Shown here: positions 61,581 through 64,000 of the stretch, piece after piece
How the letters are laid out: each line of letters opens with the position of its first letter
Position numbering within the stretch: the first letter of the stretch is position 1
Sequence record: DRR378314_1835
Length of the DNA: 64,000 nt
Strand: one strand, 5' to 3'
Program-made: the position numbers and the translations under genes
The notes under the pieces: model-generated
Told to the model about the DNA's origin: nothing
Database searches by the model: none
What the model saw: only the letters and a program-made list of their open reading frames with translations

Positions 61581-61698
61581 CCTTAAAACATTTATTAACT
61601 CAATGATTTATATTGAATTTTGTTCTATATTTAATTGGGATGGAATCGACGGTTGCAAATATTTGCATAACGCGATGCATTTTAAACGGAGAGCATTC

Positions 61699-63696
61699 AT
61701 GCAACACAATGATGTCATTACGGTTAATGAGCTACAACTACATCTTTCTAAGCTATCTCAATGTGAAGATGAGATAGGTATATTCACAGCAATGAATAAA
61801 ATGCTTCAACCTTTAATGAAGTACCAAGACTGCATTCTTTTGAAAAAAGAGAATACTCAATGCACATTATTTGCAGCAAGCAACCATAATTTTCATATTG
61901 ATAAATGGCCACATTGTGCACTGTTCTCACAGGCGCTAGAAAGGGGCTTTAGCCTTTGCCAAAATTCAACTGAGGAGTTGGAGTTTACTTATTTAGATGA
62001 GCTAACAAAGCGCAATATGCAGACTTGTTTAATCATAAGTACTGAGCTTGAAATGGGCCGTTTTTTATATATTTTCACGAACATTAATTTAATAGAACAC
62101 TCTGGGGTAGTGCAATCTGAAATAATAAAGCTTTATTTACAACAAGTGGTTTTAGCCTTTATAAACTTAAACCGGGTTGTTGAGCAATCAAGTAAATCGG
62201 TTAGATTACTCGATGACCTTACTCAGTTGTCGACCTTGTTTAAAGAGCTTGCAAGCGAATGGTTTTGGCGAACAGATTCGGACATGAAATTCGTTAGTGT
62301 GAATAATATCGAGAGTGAAAATAAAATATATACCCAGTTATTTTTAAAAAAGAAAATTATGTCCTTACTCACGCATAATGAAAAACAAAATACACAGAAG
62401 TGGCAAGGTTTTTCAAAGCTGATAGAAGAGCGTGAAGATTTTAGTAATTTTGAGTTTGAAGTGAATGCGTCGCAACGCTTATGGGTGTCATTAAATGGTA
62501 AGTCACAGTTTGATGAGTTGGGCCAATTTATAGGGTATTTAGGAATCGCTAAGGATATTACATTTTCTAAACAGCGAGAGGTCGCTTTAGAAAGTGCTAA
62601 ATTAAAAGCGGAAGAGGCAAGTAATACTAAATCTAAATTTTTAACTGTTATGTCACACGAAATCCGCACTCCTATGAATGCAATTATGGGGGTTATTGAG
62701 TTACTTCTTGATACTGAATTAACTCAAGAGCAACGCCAGTGGCTTGATTATGCTAATTCAAGTGCCGATATACTTTATGGTTTAATCACTGATGTATTGG
62801 ATTTTTCAAAAATAGAATCGGGCACAATTTTACTGGTGAATAAACCACTCAATGTAAAGCTATTGATCGAAAATATAGTGGGTCAATTACACATAATAGA
62901 AGACAGTGACGATATCATTTTTTCAATCAATATTGATGAAAAAGTGCCTACTTTTATAATGGGGGATGAATTTCGATTAGGGCAAATTCTATTTAATATT
63001 ATTGGTAACGCGTTTAAATATACGCGTTCTGGCAGTATTTCTTTGCGAGTGAATGTCGAAAATGCCCTGCTTAATTTTGAAGTCAAAGATTCTGGAGTAG
63101 GGATCGCCAAAAAAGATTTAGCACTAATCTTTCAGCCTTTTAGACAAGTGAATGATGGCATTAATAGAGAAAGTGAAGGTGTGGGTTTAGGGTTAAGTAT
63201 TTCTAAGAACTTAATTGAATTAATGGATGGCTCAATAGATGTCCATACTCAACTTGGTTTAGGGAGTACGTTTAGTATATCAATTCCATTGAATACGGCG
63301 CTAGAAAGTGAGGTAGAGAAAGTTTCATTACAAGATCGTTCAACACTCAACATACTTGTTGCTGAAGATAATAAAACCAATCAATTATTGATTAAAGCAT
63401 TCCTAGAAAAGTTAAATCATAAAGTAACGGTTGCTAACGATGGTGCAGAAGCGATTGAATTTATGCAGCTCAAAAGTTTTGATCTAATACTCATGGATAT
63501 CATGATGCCAACTATGGATGGGTTAACTGCTACACAACATATTCGCAATGAGCTTCTAAGCGATATTCCTATTTACGCCCTTACCGCCAACGCTGCCACA
63601 GACGACAAAGCCTCTTGTTTCAAAGTGGGTATGAATAAAGTGCTTACAAAACCGATTAAGTTTGAGACATTGAAGGCATCATTAAATGCATTGTAA
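61699..63696 (+). CDS. cytoplasmic PAS-containing hybrid histidine kinase (HisKA-HATPase-REC)
   Basis: WFWRTD..GIAKDIT PAS; MSHEIRTPMN; NAFKYT, DSGVG, GVGLGL; AEDN..LMDIMMP; GGAG RBS. Confidence 0.92.
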   Translation: MQHNDVITVNELQLHLSKLSQCEDEIGIFTAMNKMLQPLMKYQDCILLKKENTQCTLFAASNHNFHIDKWPHCALFSQALERGFSLCQNSTEELEFTYLDELTKRNMQTCLIISTELEMGRFLYIFTNINLIEHSGVVQSEIIKLYLQQVVLAFINLNRVVEQSSKSVRLLDDLTQLSTLFKELASEWFWRTDSDMKFVSVNNIESENKIYTQLFLKKKIMSLLTHNEKQNTQKWQGFSKLIEEREDFSNFEFEVNASQRLWVSLNGKSQFDELGQFIGYLGIAKDITFSKQREVALESAKLKAEEASNTKSKFLTVMSHEIRTPMNAIMGVIELLLDTELTQEQRQWLDYANSSADILYGLITDVLDFSKIESGTILLVNKPLNVKLLIENIVGQLHIIEDSDDIIFSINIDEKVPTFIMGDEFRLGQILFNIIGNAFKYTRSGSISLRVNVENALLNFEVKDSGVGIAKKDLALIFQPFRQVNDGINRESEGVGLGLSISKNLIELMDGSIDVHTQLGLGSTFSISIPLNTALESEVEKVSLQDRSTLNILVAEDNKTNQLLIKAFLEKLNHKVTVANDGAEAIEFMQLKSFDLILMDIMMPTMDGLTATQHIRNELLSDIPIYALTANAATDDKASCFKVGMNKVLTKPIKFETLKASLNAL

Positions 63697-63713
63697 GAAT
63701 TGCTAACAGAGGG

Positions 63714-63753
63714 TTACGATACTAGGCCTTTAATAAAAGGCTTAGTATCGTAA
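63714..63753. terminator. long hairpin between convergent kinase and yicC
   Basis: TTACGATACTAGGCCTTT-AATA-AAAGGCTTAGTATCGTAA. Confidence 0.8.
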
Positions 63754-63770
63754 TTAAAAGCTTTTGTAGC

Positions 63771-64000
63771 TTATTCTATGTTCTGGATCTGTTCTCTCAT
63801 TTGCTCAATCAACACTTTTAGCTCTACCGCTGCATTAGTGATGTCACTATTAATTGATTTAGAGGCGAGGGTGTTTGCTTCGCGGTTAAACTCTTGCATC
63901 ATAAAATCTAAACGGCGGCCACATGCACCGCCTTTTTTCAGAATTTTTTTAGTTTCTTTCACATGTGACTTTAAACGGTCGAGTTCTTCGGCTACATCTT
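63771..64000 (-). CDS. yicC: YicC/YloC endoribonuclease, 3' part (runs off window)
   Basis: DVAEELDRL..H...GRRLDFMMQEFNREANTLASK...EQMREQIQNIE. Confidence 0.95.
   Translation of the reverse strand, partial: DVAEELDRLKSHVKETKKILKKGGACGRRLDFMMQEFNREANTLASKSINSDITNAAVELKVLIEQMREQIQNIE

Noticed and set aside
61641-61656. sigma-54 promoter for the hybrid kinase (TGGAATCGACGGTTGC)
   Set aside because: GG to GC spacing is 11, not the required 10
1-64000. CRISPR array, rRNA, IS element or anti-phage defence genes
   Set aside because: No regularly spaced repeats, rRNA-like tracts, transposase or defence-type domains recognised by eye

Overview
This is a 64-kb core-chromosome stretch of an AT-rich marine gammaproteobacterium; gene order and protein style suggest Pseudoalteromonas/Alteromonadales. 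The left 36 kb is mostly housekeeping: rpsF-priB-rpsR-rplI, a type IV minor-pilin cluster, an ECF sigma/anti-sigma/DUF4097 trio, dnaB-alr, a PnuC-type vitamin salvage trio, tRNA-Arg(CCG), zntB, a RimB-RimK-deacylase trio, recQ, rarD, maoP/hdfR, a porin, recG, trmH, asnC/asnA, spoT-rpoZ-gmk. Between gmk and yicC (about 36.8-63.7 kb) lies a 27-kb biofilm exopolysaccharide locus resembling the Vibrio fischeri syp locus, but permuted and with a GT2 fused to the priming phosphoglycosyl transferase. Its regulator looks like LuxO rather than SypG, and it is accompanied by a stand-alone LuxU-like Hpt, yvcK and a soluble hybrid kinase. Six sigma-54 -24/-12 promoters are visible, each near TTGCA-N3-TGCAA-like (LuxO-type) boxes, and no Qrr sRNA is evident. 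The luxO-like, glycosyltransferase, Hpt and yvcK genes alternate strands with no room for promoters or terminators, suggesting two interleaved operons with antisense feedback. All homology calls come from motif recognition and recall; no database searches were run.
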